A stretch of 63,747 nt of DNA, filler included, from Atractiella rhizophila (lineage: Eukaryota): assembly GCA_021432655.1 (NCBI GenBank). It is 3 parts of 3 records of this genome, joined end to end, with 100 filler letters (N's around TTAATTAATTAA, not from the genome) between each part and the next. Parts side by side here need not be neighbours in the genome. Positions count along the whole stretch, not along the records: positions 1 to 28,197 come from MU271735.1; 2 more parts are not named here. One strand, 5' to 3'. The notes below the pieces were generated by a model, which saw only the letters and a list, made by a program, of their open reading frames with translations, searched no databases and was not told where the DNA came from. Of the stretch, positions 1 to 12,433 are shown piece by piece. Made by a program: the position numbers and the translations under genes. Each line of letters begins with the position of its first letter. The stretch's first letter is position 1.

Positions 1-486
1 CAGCAAGAGAGGGACATCACTCGTCCCTACAACCTCTCAGCACAAGAAGCGAACATCGCTTTCCGAGAGTACCTCACTCAGGCGGTTTATACCCAAGCGT
101 ACGATCTGGAGATCTTCGAGAACCAGGCGCAGTCGCTCACCCCCTCCCATCCTCGACTCATCCACCCCATGACCCCCTTCTCAGTACTTTTCCAAAACCC
201 CTCCCTCCCCCCGATGTACTCTTTCAATCACCCCAAACTCGAATTCACCTCCGTATCGAAATACGGCCCCTCTCTATCTTATTGCTCGCCACTCCCAGAA
301 CGGCCCCCGCCTTTCTCGCTGACCGATAACATCAATTGTCCGCCATCTCACCCGACAGATCTGAATGGGATCTGTTGGGATCCGGACGGCGATTACCTCT
401 ATTGTGGAGGTGGAGAATGGGGAATCGCAGAGTGGAAGGTGGACTCGTTCGCGCGGGGAACTATCGCGGGAACGGTGCTTTGTTGA
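1..486 (+). CDS. 3' end of a gene (5' part outside the window); ends in a WD40-like repeat
   Basis: Frame is open from base 1 to TGA at 484-486. C-terminus DLNGICWDPDGDYLYCGGGEWGIAEWKVD looks like a terminal WD40 blade. Confidence 0.5.
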   Translation, partial: QQERDITRPYNLSAQEANIAFREYLTQAVYTQAYDLEIFENQAQSLTPSHPRLIHPMTPFSVLFQNPSLPPMYSFNHPKLEFTSVSKYGPSLSYCSPLPERPPPFSLTDNINCPPSHPTDLNGICWDPDGDYLYCGGGEWGIAEWKVDSFARGTIAGTVLC

Positions 487-1089
487 TAGTTGTTGTCGAA
501 AGTACAAAAGAATGTGGATAGGTCTGGATCGTGGATTGGCTGTCTCGGATTGGATTCGTTCACGCGGTTCGATATCATCTTTTTAGTACCAGTTAGATCT
601 CCTCTTCTTTTAAGATTCCCTTCCTTTTCCTCCTTTTTTCTCACCAAAATAACTACGACTTTCGGGCCAGAAGTTGTATGAGTCCTTCATTTGGATTTTC
701 TTCTCCCTGTTGTAGTATTATTTCTTTGCGACTCAAACACTGGTTCAAAACGCTACCATTATCGGTGTTGCCACTTATCTTCTCTTCCAGAGGTTGTTCG
801 GTTCACTTTGGCTATTTTTTCTTTCTTCTTTGGTTGGTTGGTTGGTGTTCTGCTCTGCTCTGACAACGCAAGCCTCAAGTTTTGATACCCATTCAACTGT
901 CTGAGAATCACCTCAAATTTTCGTATTTCAATGTGGACTGAATTCGTGGCACTCTCTAACGCTTTCCCTCCATTGCATGAAATTTTATCACATTTATTCC
1001 CATCAACCATCTTCAGAGTCTGCAGAGCCGAGAACGGTGACTGTACATCTGCACTACCAGGATGCTAACACCGTGGCACATAACGCTAC

Positions 1090-3011
1090 CTAAAACATGA
1101 GTTCCTCCTCTCCTAGCAACTTTTCCAGATTCCCTCGCCGAGGCACCAATTTGACGTCGTAAGGAAGAGGTGAAGAGATTCCAACGCTCGTATATCTTGT
1201 TGCAGGGTCCATGCGGACCTCCGGCGATTCCTCTTTCGTTGGTAGAATCTCGAATGCCCACAGCAGATGGGTTAGGTTTATGAAAATTGATCGTTCTGCC
1301 AGGTACATCCCTGGGCAAATCCTATGCGAGAGGGGAAATATCACTTCGCAGTAGCAGCGACGAGTGGAGTGAGATCGTACCGTCTGCCGTGACCAAAAGC
1401 AAAGTGCCTCATGTCAGTTCGGAGTTGGCCATCCGAGTCCAGCCAGCGTGAAGGACAAAAAGTCTCGACATCTTTGCCGTATAGCTCAGTGCTTCGATGA
1501 AGTGACCAGCTTTGGGCAAAGACGAGGGAGTCTTTTGGTATTACCCAACCATTCGGCAACTTCTCATCCTGCATCATTCGATGTGGAAAACCTGAATCCG
1601 GTTGTCTGTGGTCCGCCAGAATTTAGAAGTGAAACTCACCTCCAGGCGTTGCGCCACGGAAACGTATCACTTCTTTGACGAAGGCTTGCGTGTAAGGAAG
1701 ATTGGGCATGTCTTCAAAACTAGGAGCTGCAGCCAATCTCATCAGCATGCTGCAGCTAAGTAGACCAACGGTCGCACTCCTCTGTCTTCCCACCACATGG
1801 TCGATTTCTTCTTGTGCAGTTCTCTGAGCATCGGCGTAAGTCACCGCGGTGAGAAGGGCACTGAGAAGAGAATTCCATCAATAGCTTGGCCAGTGGACAA
1901 AGGAAATAAATACTGATTGATTGTAACTGCCGTAGAGTCGCTTCCTGCGTGGAAAAGAGATCCTGATAGCCAGGCAAGCTCATCATCCGAAATGTTATAT
2001 TCTACATTTACTGTCAGTCTTCATGCTAGCGTTAAATCAAGCAATGTACCTTTCTGGCGCTCAGTAGCCCAACGAATTACGCTAGGCTCGACACATCCTT
2101 CATTCTACGCACTGTCAGCTTGTGGTTTCTGGGCTCAAACGGAACACGGACAACGTCCTCTCTTGTCTTTTTCATCGAGAGACGATAGTCTTGCAGCTGT
2201 CGCTCATGCGCTTGTTTCGGCTGGGCGAAGTATCCAGGGAGAAATCTCAGCCAGGGAAAATACTGCGCCGATTGTCAACACATATAAGCACTTGGCGAAG
2301 ATTTACAGCACATTTCCAAACACCAGGTGTCAATGCGCCAACCAAACTCAGGTTCCATTGGAGTGCCATCCTCAGATTTTCGTCGTCCATGGTCGTCCTC
2401 TGCCTTTTTGCAAACACGGCTGTCTGAATAACAGAGGCAGCATAAGCATGAAAAGTCCTTCTGAACTGTTCAAATTCCACCACAACACTTTTGTTCCCTT
2501 TCTGATACTGAAGCATGTCTCGCAAGACGTTCCTTGCCGCCCTCTCGGACATGGGTCCATAACTTTCAGCAGCCTGAGGCATCAGAGCATGATGCACAAA
2601 TTTCCTGTACCTCCTGAATTGAGGGCCATACCTCGCGAAAAGGAGTCCCATCTGTCCCGTTAATACATTGGCGACTGCGTTCGTGGGTCGATCAGCAGAT
2701 GTGGCATTCCGCTTTTCCAGAATATCGAGCGCAATGTCCGGACTGGTTATAAGGAAATTGGGAGGAGCAAACGCCCCTTGGTGAATAGTTATGATGCCGT
2801 TCTTCGCGTACGGAGAGATGTGCCAATACAACCAAGCCTTGACGCCTGCAGGAACTTGAAAGACGCCATAGATGTTGGGGGATGGCCCGGGAGGCAACTT
2901 GCGACGGTAGTTGCGATTGATGAACAGCCAACGACTGAGGATACAAAGGAACAATAGGGCACCAATCAGTGTTGGAAGAGAAGAAACAGTGTGACCATTT
3001 GACACAAACAT
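1090..3011 (-). CDS. Cytochrome P450, multi-exon (CYP64-clan-like)
   Basis: N-terminal TM anchor followed by LPPGP; I-helix AWLSGSLFHAGSDST; ExxR (KEVIRFR); FCPSRWL; heme motif FGHGRR|ICPG split by an intron. Confidence 0.92.
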
Positions 3012-3362
3012 ATTCGGCAACAGTACCACGGAAATGTCGATAGAACTTGCGCACCACCCATATATCAGGGTTTATCTGGCATCTTATCATCGATGGAGGC
3101 GGCCAAAATTGAACCCCACAACGGCTCATAGGAATGCGGGGACTGAAAGAAGAGGAGGATAAAGCCAAAAGAGTTGAGGCTTTGAACTGATTAAAAACAA
3201 AGAATAACTAGACCGTTGTGTACAGGTGGACTACTTGAAGTCTCTTAACAACGATGCGGCGCAGCCCAAAGGCAAGATGTCAGCAAGGTTCAGCTGACAT
3301 GAGGAGTGTCCTTTAAAGCCTTCCAATGCACTGATCTATACATCAGTGCGTTAGAATGAGTA

Positions 3363-6148
3363 TCACCGCTGCAAACTGCGCTCGAAGTCCCGCTCTTGAT
3401 CCTCCAATTCTAACAACCGAGGGTCCTTCCTCAACTTCTCCCTCAGGTCGCGATCTGACACCTCTGACGGTCGTCGAAGGCGATGAAGATGTGTTGTGGA
3501 ATCCAGCTCTTCTTCCGAATCTGATTCCGAACCCGACTCAAGGACGTGATGTGGCCCAGCAAGTGACGAAGACGATGCGTTATAATCATCGGCCATTGAA
3601 AGTCGCGTACCATTTTCGCTCTATCCAAATGATCAGCGACTTTGCGTGAATAGCAGGACTTCAACCGACATCGAAAATGACGCTTGTGTTCACTTGCTCG
3701 TATGCACCACGACTCCGGCCTGCAGACAAGAAGCCAGCTTCTTCATCTGCATTGGGCCGTAGTTGAATGTGGTCCCCTTTACGGTCACGGTAAAGTTTCA
3801 TATATTTGAAGTAGTTGTCTACTCTCTCGTTAGAACTTAGAAAGACTAGAGAAGTGGAATGATTACAGAGCCCGATTCCTACATCTGATGTCAGAATGCA
3901 GATACGAAACAAGAGCAGAACGGACCAAAAAGAGTCACAGCTAAACCACTGATATTGATCGGCGTGAGTTGATCCCCAAAAACGATCGTGGCAACGACGA
4001 TAGTGCCAACTTCTTTGAAGATACCGCAAACAGAACTGTACCTGCGTCAATTCCTGAAAACGGGGGGGAAATATTATGTACAGAGTTACAACGCTTGTGC
4101 GCTGGATCAGTCCGAATTCGCTGACGTTCATGCAGAACGCCAGACATCCCGGAACTGTGATAAGTGCGAAGGTTTGAATTGTCTTCCAAAGTGTCCCAAA
4201 CGCATCTTCATTTGCGAAAATTGTGAACCAACCTATTAATCCATCAACTTTGGCTTTTCACAGAGACGAGCTGGAAGGACCTTCAGTGAACATCGATATA
4301 ACGGCTAGAACCGTACCCATGATAGGTGCCAGAAAGAATAGCGTAGCAAAAGGGTTGTTCATCCCCATTGATTCTTTATCAAGCAGGATTTGAGTCAAGC
4401 TCCAACGCAGTCCACCAAGCGCGGATGCTAGATGAATCGAGTTAAAGGTAAGAACGTCTCTCTGGCGCTGACAGGAAAGCAACCGACCTGTTAATACCGC
4501 TGCCATGCCCCCGAAGTCGAATTGTGTCTCTCGGCTAACCATGAGGACAACTCCGACTGTGATGATTGCGATGATGCCGGTGAGCCGCCACGATGGCTTT
4601 TCAAGTCGGAATATGAAAGCAAAGAGCAGGACGAAAGCGAGGACGGATGATTTGCACATAGCTACCCATCCGCGTTATCCCATGCTTGTATACTCCGGTA
4701 AAGTGAAAACGAACTGTAGAAGCTAAGAGTGATGGTCTTCATGCTGAAATTACTCAGACCGACATCCAGACCTGTTGCCAATCCACAAGGAGCAGCCTTC
4801 GTGCTGAATCGGCAGTGAGCAACGCCTAAGGGATAGTTAAAGCTTACAAATAATCATAGCGGGATGGACGGGTGGATGGGCGGAGAGAGGAGAAGATAGA
4901 AAGGGTGATAGAGCAGAGGATGAACTGAATTAACATATGTAAAGATGTGACGAAAAGTGGATATCCAAAGTTGTAGTGATCTGCTGAAAACATCCACTTA
5001 TCTGGCACCTTTCATTAGTCAACGGTGTTGATAACATGACGTAGCTCACTGTAGACGCTGATTAATGTCGAGAAGAGGTACCTGTGCAAAAGGATGTCAG
5101 AACGCATTACAAAACGTGATAAGTAACAGGATAACGCTTTGAACAAAGTTGGGGAAACAAGACTAGGAGCAGGGGTGCTCGACTTCTGCCAGGAAACCCA
5201 AATGCAATCAACTGGGTTTGCTGACAAAACATCACATCTCTTATGGCAGTGAATAGCACGGCTTGCTAAACTCAGACACGCTTCTTCACAAATCAACGTA
5301 GGAGACATTGCAGAATCCGCACACAAGTAACAGATAGATGTCGTCGTCGATTGAAACTCTGCAATTTTATTTAACGCGCCGCTGTAAGAGTCCTAGTGCC
5401 TAGCCCCGAATTCTCCAGCGTGGTAGACCACGGCGCCATCGCAAGTGCAATAGAAAGAGCAAATTGAAGAAGTACTGGTGGAAGATACAAAATCAAAGGT
5501 TGATCATGGCATGGCGAAAGTTGCTCTGGAAAAATGTACACAACCAAGGCTTTCAATTTGAACTGCTCGCCTATATGCGTCAAGCATGTTTGAATCGTAA
5601 ACTAGCATCCAACATCATGCTCGGAGCACATAATGCGACTTCTGGCACAAATTCAGCACTTTCGCTTTGCGTCTGCATTTCGCATTACCCCGGGCAAAGC
5701 GGAGTTTGTGCGTAACAGCTTGCATACCACATTTTACTCGTCCAAAACTGAGCAGACATCAGAAAAAGGAAAGAGCGTAACCGTTCTGCGCAATGAAAGG
5801 TCACGGTTACCACGAGAAATGGTAAGGGCGCAAACCGCTCCACCTTCAAGACAAACGGAGCAAGAAAGAGGTGTGTCCATGTTTTGAGGAAACAGAAACG
5901 TACCATCCACCAATAAAAGCCAGAGTCTTCATGTTCTCCCTCCAAATCCTCCTCCTGCTCCCCACACTCCCTCTCCTCCGATGTCTAGTTTCTTTTCTAA
6001 CCGGCTCCTCCACCTCAGCATCCGCATATTCGTCCCTCCTTATCCCTCGCTCTCTCTTCGCCTCTGCTCGCTCGCGCTCGAGCTCCATCGTCTGTCGTCG
6101 CTCTAGTTCTAGCGACTCCAACTCGCGCTGCTCTGAAATGGCATCGTG
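3363..6148 (-). CDS. Nucleotide-sugar/triose-phosphate transporter family (SLC35C2/Ymd8-like). The first 18 codons lie in the mirror block (complement of 7204-7257)
   Basis: Exons give FIGGW|YLFSTLISVY, MCKSSVLAFVLLFAFIFRLEKPSW, LGGLRWSLTQILL and NPFATLFFLAPIM. The complement of 7204-7257 reads MQAAKFLNSSVYDVSSLT and joins HDAISEQ at 6148 in frame. Confidence 0.85.
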
Positions 6149-7257
6149 ACCCGCTACCTTATCCCGCGGATCGTACCTTCTAATCAATGGTGGCATTTTA
6201 ACCCTACGTACTCACCCTAGGAGCTGTAATTTGTGTCCGACTTGTAGCACGTTTCGTTTATTACAGGTCGAAGGTTTATGCGACTCAGATGAGAGGACGT
6301 TTCACCTCGAGTATTGCGACGCCTAGTGAGAACGCCACGACAGTTTGGGTTTAGATTTTCCTTCTGGTCGCATCGTAGAGTTATTTATTATGAGATACTT
6401 GAACAGATCTTTCGTTGATTTCGTGGGTTTAGATTTGCTTCTCGTCGCATTGTAGAGTTCTTTATGTGAGATACTTGAACAGATCTTTCGTCGATGCGTC
6501 TTAAGCACGCCAATATATCGAGTGTCCACTCTTGCGTCTTAAAAACTCGCTAATTTTAATCTCTCGGCAAGTGAGATTTAGTACCGTATACCCCAACTTT
6601 TTTCACCTCAATAGGACGTCGGAAAGGAGTACGTATGTCCGAGTAGTGTAGTCTCCTTTCCGTTCATCGTACTGGGTTCAGAGTTGAAACACGTCAGTTT
6701 TGTTTTGCATGAGATGAAGCTGGCGTAGGAAGGACGGTCATGGTGACTCGACCGCAGGTGATTCCGGCGACCGCTGGAACTCTCCAGAGCTTGACCTCGA
6801 TCTCGGTCACTATTGCGGTGGCAAGGAGAAGCGCCCATACCTTCTGCTCTCAGACGCTTAGCGCGGACGACTTCGGAACTTGCTGTAAAACCCTACCTCG
6901 TCGACCCCTACTCCGGCCCCTCCTCCACCTCGACATCTTTATCTTTTCCACCTTTTAAATACTCCGTCTTTCTGAGTCTTTTTGCTAGCTACAACCAGGA
7001 ACAAACTCAGGATTTGCGGCCAGCGCACTTTAGGTGGTTAAGTTAGGAATAGTGTCCGCCACTAAAGGAGAAAAGCTTAAAGATACTATGTCGAAAAGGC
7101 GGGTGTAGGCAGGCGGACGTTGGTTGTTTGTTTAACCTTGTTTGGTTGATGTTCAAGGTGACTGGTAAAGGAGACTAGAATATAGGAATATAGGGTTTTC
7201 TCGTACGTTCGTCGGTTCAAGGAGTTGTCGAGGCATATGCTGCAGAGAAGGAACTGT
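6149..7257. other. Mirror-reversed block 1 (left flank of the 25-N gap): transporter start, shared promoter, ILV2 exon 1 and intron 1 (copy A)
   Basis: Read right-to-left without complementing: ATG at 6887 gives MSFKASAGAIRRLSSSIPAKRNGG...DAVEVE, then intron GTACGT(6711)...CTAAT...TAG(6169), then RPIPSP. Confidence 0.93.
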
Positions 7258-8513
7258 NNNNNNNNNNNNNNNNNNNNNNNNNCAGGACGTAGCGCCACTG
7301 GTGTAAGCAGCGAGGTCCAGGTCTTCACTGCTCGTGTTGAGGTCCGAAAGGCGAACGAGATCGCATAGGGAGTCGGTATACTGGCCGAGGGACAAGTACT
7401 GCGCCCTCCTGTTTCAGTTTCACAAAGCTCAACATCTAGCGTAGCTTTTGGCCCTCCTACCGAGGTGGTCCCATCGGCTTCTAGACGAACTGCAGCACAG
7501 ATGCGTAGTAGAGCACCTTCTAAACCGGTGGACTATCGGGCTGCTTCCTTACCAGGTCTCCAAGCCGCGCAACCATCCGTGGGTACTTCTCCGTCGAGTT
7601 CGAGACTGCTTCCTCATCAGCCCCAGCCAGGACCACCTTGTCAACTTCCCTTGAAGACCTTCAACCCTCTACCTTATCCCGCCGGACCATAGTTTCTAAT
7701 CAATTCCGGCATTTTAACTTTACATACTCACCTTAGGAGCTGTAGCTAGTTTGTTCGACTTGTAGTACGTTTCGTTTATTACAGGACAAAGGTTTATGAG
7801 ACTCAGATGAGAGAACGTTTTAACCTCGAGTATCCGACGCCTAGTGAGTAACGCCACGACAGTTTGGGTTTAGATTTCCTTCTCGTCGCATTGTAGAGTT
7901 ATTTATGAGAAACTTGAACAGATCTTTCGTCGATGCGTCGTAAGCACGCCAATGTATCGAGTATCCACTCTTGCGTCTTACAAACACGCTAAATTTTAAT
8001 CTCTCGCCAAGGGAGATTTAGTACCGTACATCCCAACTTTTTTCACCTCAATAGGACGTCGGAAAGGAGTACGTATGTCCGAGTAGTGTAGTCTTCTTTC
8101 CTTTCATCACACTGGGTTCAGAGTTGAAACACGTCAGTTTTGTTTGCATGAGATGAAGCTGGCGTAGGAAGGACGGTCATGGTGACTCGACCGCGGGTGA
8201 TTCCGGCGACCGCTGGAACTCTCCAGAGCTTGACCTCGATCTCGGTCACTATTGCGGTGGCAAGGAGAAGCGACCCTACCTTCTGCTCTCAGACGCTTAG
8301 CGCGGACGACTTCGGAACTTGCTGTAAAACCCTACCTCGTCGACCCCTACTCCGGCCCCTCCTCCACCTCGGCATCTTTATCTTTTCCACCTTTTAAATA
8401 CTCCGTCTTTCTGAGTCTTTTTGCTAGCTACAACCAGGAACAAACTCAGGATTTGCGGCCAGCGCACTTTAGGTGGTTAAGTTAGGAATAGCGTTCGCCG
8501 CTAACGGAGAAAA
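6149..8513. repeat. Imperfect direct duplication, 6149-7074 vs 7664-8513 (same ILV2 5' locus assembled twice)
   Basis: Near-identical sequence on both sides of the gap, with substitutions concentrated in the intron; both copies decode to ILV2 exon 1. Confidence 0.88.
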
Positions 8514-8917
8514 CCATATGACAGAAAGGCTGAAAACCTCTTCAGCTGGTGGGGACGAGGATCAGCACAAAAGGGGTTGAAACAGCTTTCTCAATAGGAC
8601 AATGAATAGTGCAAAACATTACGCAAGACTGTAGGAAAACGTGTCCATGGAGAAGAGCTGTAATTAGTCGCAGATGTCACTCGATGCAGTACAATTGTTA
8701 TGGCAACTGATTACTTTCCACGGTCTATTCACCTACAAAAGTCGTCTAGTGATGTTGAAACCTATAGGTGAAAAGCAGTGTAGAAATGTATACAATTAAG
8801 TCAAGTAGGAGACGAGATAGTGGGAAAGATAGAAGAGGAGAGAGGCGGGTAGGTGGGCAGGTAGGGCGATACTAATAAACATTCGAAATTGATAGGGAAT
8901 CCGCAGCGAATGAGGAA
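7283..8917. other. Mirror-reversed block 2 (right flank of the 25-N gap): 5' part of ILV2 (copy B)
   Basis: Right-to-left reading gives [92 protein letters not shown]. It ends at 7283 and continues in frame with ALSDGTP at 8918. Confidence 0.97.
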
Positions 8918-10744
8918 GCGTTGTCGGATGGCACGCCGCTCGTTGTTTTCTGTGGACAGGTTGCGACGAGCAGCATTGGGAGCGATGCGTTCCAGGAGGC
9001 AGACGTGGTGGGAATCTCGAGAGCATGCACCAAGTGGAACGTCATGGTGAAAGACATCGCTGAGCTTCCACGGAGAATCAACGAAGCCTTTCACATCGCA
9101 ACCTCTGGAAGACCAGGACCTGTCCTCGTCGACCTCCCCAAAGACGTCACGGCCGGAACCCTCAAAGTCCCCATCCCTTCGAGGTTCACGGCGCCGGAAA
9201 TGATCAACGACTCGCTCCCATCCAACCCATTCGGTCGCTCGAATCCTCTCTCCCCTTCCTCCTCCTCCTTCCCTCCGCCCGATCCACAACTCATCACTCG
9301 AGCCGCAGCGCTCTGTGCCGTCGCTAAACGTCCAGTCATCTATGCTGGTCATGGCATCATGTGGTCACCTGGCGGACCGGCGCTCCTCAAGGAACTAAGC
9401 GATAAACTGAATGCGCCAGTGACGACCAGTCTGCATGGATTGGGAGGATTCGATGAACTCGACGAAAAGAAATCCCTTCATATGCTCGGAATGCATGGAA
9501 GTGGATACGCCAATATGGCGATGCAAGAAGCTGATTTGATCATTTGTCTGGGAGCAAGATTCGATGACAGAGTCACCGGAACACTTGACAGTACGTCCTC
9601 CTCTCTCTTCCCAGATCACCTTCTCCAGACTAACCTAATCATTGTGCGGGTAGAATTCGCACCTGCTGCTCGCGCTGCTGCGCTGGAGCGAAGAGGTGGT
9701 ATCATCCACTTTGAAATTCAACCGAAAAACATCAACAAAGTGGTGAATGCCACCGTCCCCATCGAAGGAGACCTCTCTCATAACCTAGGCTATCTCCTCC
9801 GCATGCTATCGAACACTCCTCCAGCTCGAGAAGAGTGGTTCAACAAGATCGCGCAATGGAAGAAAGATTTCCCTTGGTATTATGAGCCTTCGAAACCAGA
9901 GCAAGGAGAGTTCATGAAGCCTCAAGAGGTCATCGAGGAACTCGATGCTTGGTGCGAAGAGTATGGGAAGGAGAATTGCTTGATCGCTACTGGTGTGGGA
10001 CAACATCAGATGTGGGCCGCTCAGCATTATCGTTGGAGACATCCAAGGACTATGATCACCAGCGGTGGACTCGGAGTGCGTCCTTTGTATACCAATATCT
10101 AGAATGTGGCTGACATTGGTTAAAGACGATGGGCTATGGACTTCCAGCCTGCATCGGAGCCAAGGTGGCTGCACCGAACAAGGTCGTTGTAGATATCGAT
10201 GGAGACGCATCTTTCTCGATGACAGCGATGGAACTCGCCACCGCTGCACAGTATAACATTGGTATCAAGGTCCTTGTAATCAATAACGAGTTCCAGGTTC
10301 GTTTTCCCTGAACCGTTTCGCCTGCGGACAGAGCTAAGGGAGATATAGGGCATGGTCGTCCAATGGCAAGACCTCTTTTACGAGAATCGGTACTCGCATA
10401 CCACGATGAAGAACCCTGACTTCGTTTGTGCGTTTTCTGTCTACTTTGCCCTTGACGTTCGTTTGACGGGACAATGTAATCAGCTCTCGCAAAAGCCATG
10501 GGCGTTCATGCCATCCGCTGTGAATCGAAAGCAGACCTGCCTGCCAAGATGAAAGAGTTCATGGAGTATGATAACAACAAACCGATCCTCTTTGAAGCAC
10601 GAACCGTCAGAATCGAACATGTGTTTCCCATGGTAGCTGCCGGCAAAGCGTCAGTTTTTATTTCCTTTTCTCTTCCGTGTGCTGACGATGGGCTGTAACA
10701 GTCTCAATGAATTCATCATCCATCCCAACCTCCGGAAAAAGTGA
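8918..10744 (+). CDS. ILV2: Acetolactate synthase catalytic subunit, mitochondrial (normally oriented 3' portion)
   Basis: GQVATSSIGSDAFQEADVVG, GRPGPVLVDLPKD, MLGMHG, GARFDDRVTG, TGVGQHQMW, TPP motif DIDGDASFSM...NN; stop TGA at 10742-10744. Confidence 0.97.
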
Positions 10745-11102
10745 TTTTTGTTTCTCGGGTACTTTCTCATCTTCATCGTTCTCTGGAGGTCTGTTCTGCG
10801 GGTCTTTCTGATTACTCTTCTTCTTCCCCAAAACAAAAGGCAATGTCGCCCTCCGTCTTTGTACCAATGTTGGGTTAGGTTCGCATGTATGCTCTTGCCA
10901 TTAGTTGGAGTGCAAAAAAGCCTATCTGGCTTTATTCTTATTAGGTATCTCCTCCAGCAAAACATTCTGAAACCAGGAAAAGTAGTGTTAAGATAAGGAG
11001 CTGATGAGTTGTAAAGCGCAAGTGGAGAAAAAACCATCACACGTGACCGCATTTGCGGCAGACTTCCTAACGCGCTGACGACCAAAAACTTCTGAAAGAA
11101 AG

Positions 11103-12433
11103 ATGGCACACTGGGCAGGACGGTTAATGGGTGCGCTCCTCTCTTATTGCGTTGTCAGTCTAAGGCGATTTTGGTGAAAAGTTCCCACGGCGGTGGGCTT
11201 TGCGGCCCTCAGCTCTGCAATTTACGATGTACCTGGTGGACACCGGTTCGTTGACTTTTCGTATTACTAAGGGAGGAATGAAGGCTGACTTGGGCTGGCG
11301 GGATAGGGCGGTACTGTTTGACAGGTTTCAGGGAGTGAAGGATAAAGTACGCTCTGCTGTTCGACATAGGCATTGACCCAAGGTTGTGAGGGTAGCCTGT
11401 GAGCGAAGGAACGCACTTCCTCATCCCCTGGCTCCAAGTCCGTCCTTCCCTTTTCCACAAGAAGCTTCACCAAACCATTTTTCGTACAGCGTGCCATCCT
11501 GTATGATGTGCGCATCAAGCCGCGGAACATCTCCACGACCACCGGTTCGAAGGATTTACAGATGGTTTCCCTCACACTCCGTGTCATGAGTCGACCAAAC
11601 GTCTCTCAGTTGGCCTCCATCTACCGTAATTTGGGATTGGATTACGACGAGCGTGTGCTTCCCTCGATAGGAAACGAGGTGTTGAAGGCTACTGTTGCCC
11701 AATTTGATGCCAGCGAGCTTATTACGCTCCGCGAGGTCGTGAGCAGTAGGATCAGAGAGGACTTGTTGAAAAGGGCAGGGGAGTTTGGGATTGTGCTGGA
11801 TGATGTTTCAATTGTACGCACTTCCATTTGTTTTGGAAGATGAATTGGCTGAGGTGATGGTGGTGGGGAAGACTCACATGACTTTCGGCACGGAGTTCAC
11901 GCAAGCTGTAGAAGCGAAGCAGGTTGCCCAGCAAGGTGCGCCACTTCAGTTGCTACAAACTGACCATTCATTCTTGCGCAGAGGCGGAGCGTGCCAAGTT
12001 TGTTGTTGAGCGGGTAGGTGTCCACGCATTCCTGAGCTTTCTTCCGTTTCGCCGCTCTCTCAAACCGTTTGCTAACGTGTCGATTATGGTGGGAATTAGG
12101 CGGAACAAGAACGACAAGCTTCCGTCATCAAAGCTGAAGGTGAAGCCGAGGCAGCGACCATCATCTCGAAAGCCCTTGACCGAGTACGTTTTCCGCACCC
12201 TGCACCCTCAATCTCTCCCTCTCGCCCTTCTTTTTCGCCCTCTTCTCTTAAGGGTTGAATACTTGAATACCAATGACTGTTGGGGATAGGCCGGCGAAGG
12301 TCTTGTACAACTGCGACGGATTGATGCTGCGAAAGAGATTGCTCAGACGCTCAGCAAGAGTAAGAACGTCACGTACCTCCCCAGTGGACAAGGAGGAAAC
12401 GGTCTTCTCGTTTCCGTCCCTGCTGATCGATAA
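11103..12433 (+). CDS. PHB1: Prohibitin 1, multi-exon
   Basis: [77 protein letters not shown]. Confidence 0.95.

Noticed and set aside
6149..6196. ORF-track start MPPLIRRYDPRDKV for the transporter, or a start codon donated by a repeat
   Set aside because: These bases lie inside the mirror block (they are the ILV2 intron acceptor region). The better start is the complement of 7204-7206.
6169..6711. TPP riboswitch or hammerhead ribozyme in the ILV2 intron
   Set aside because: No CUGAGA...AUAC...UGAUC..AGCG core for a TPP riboswitch; the hammerhead core CUGAUGA/GAAA is only partly matched.
6149..8513. LTR pair of a retrotransposon flanking the gap
   Set aside because: Both copies decode to ILV2 exon 1 and intron 1 in the mirror reading; I see no TG..CA ends or gag/pol sequence.
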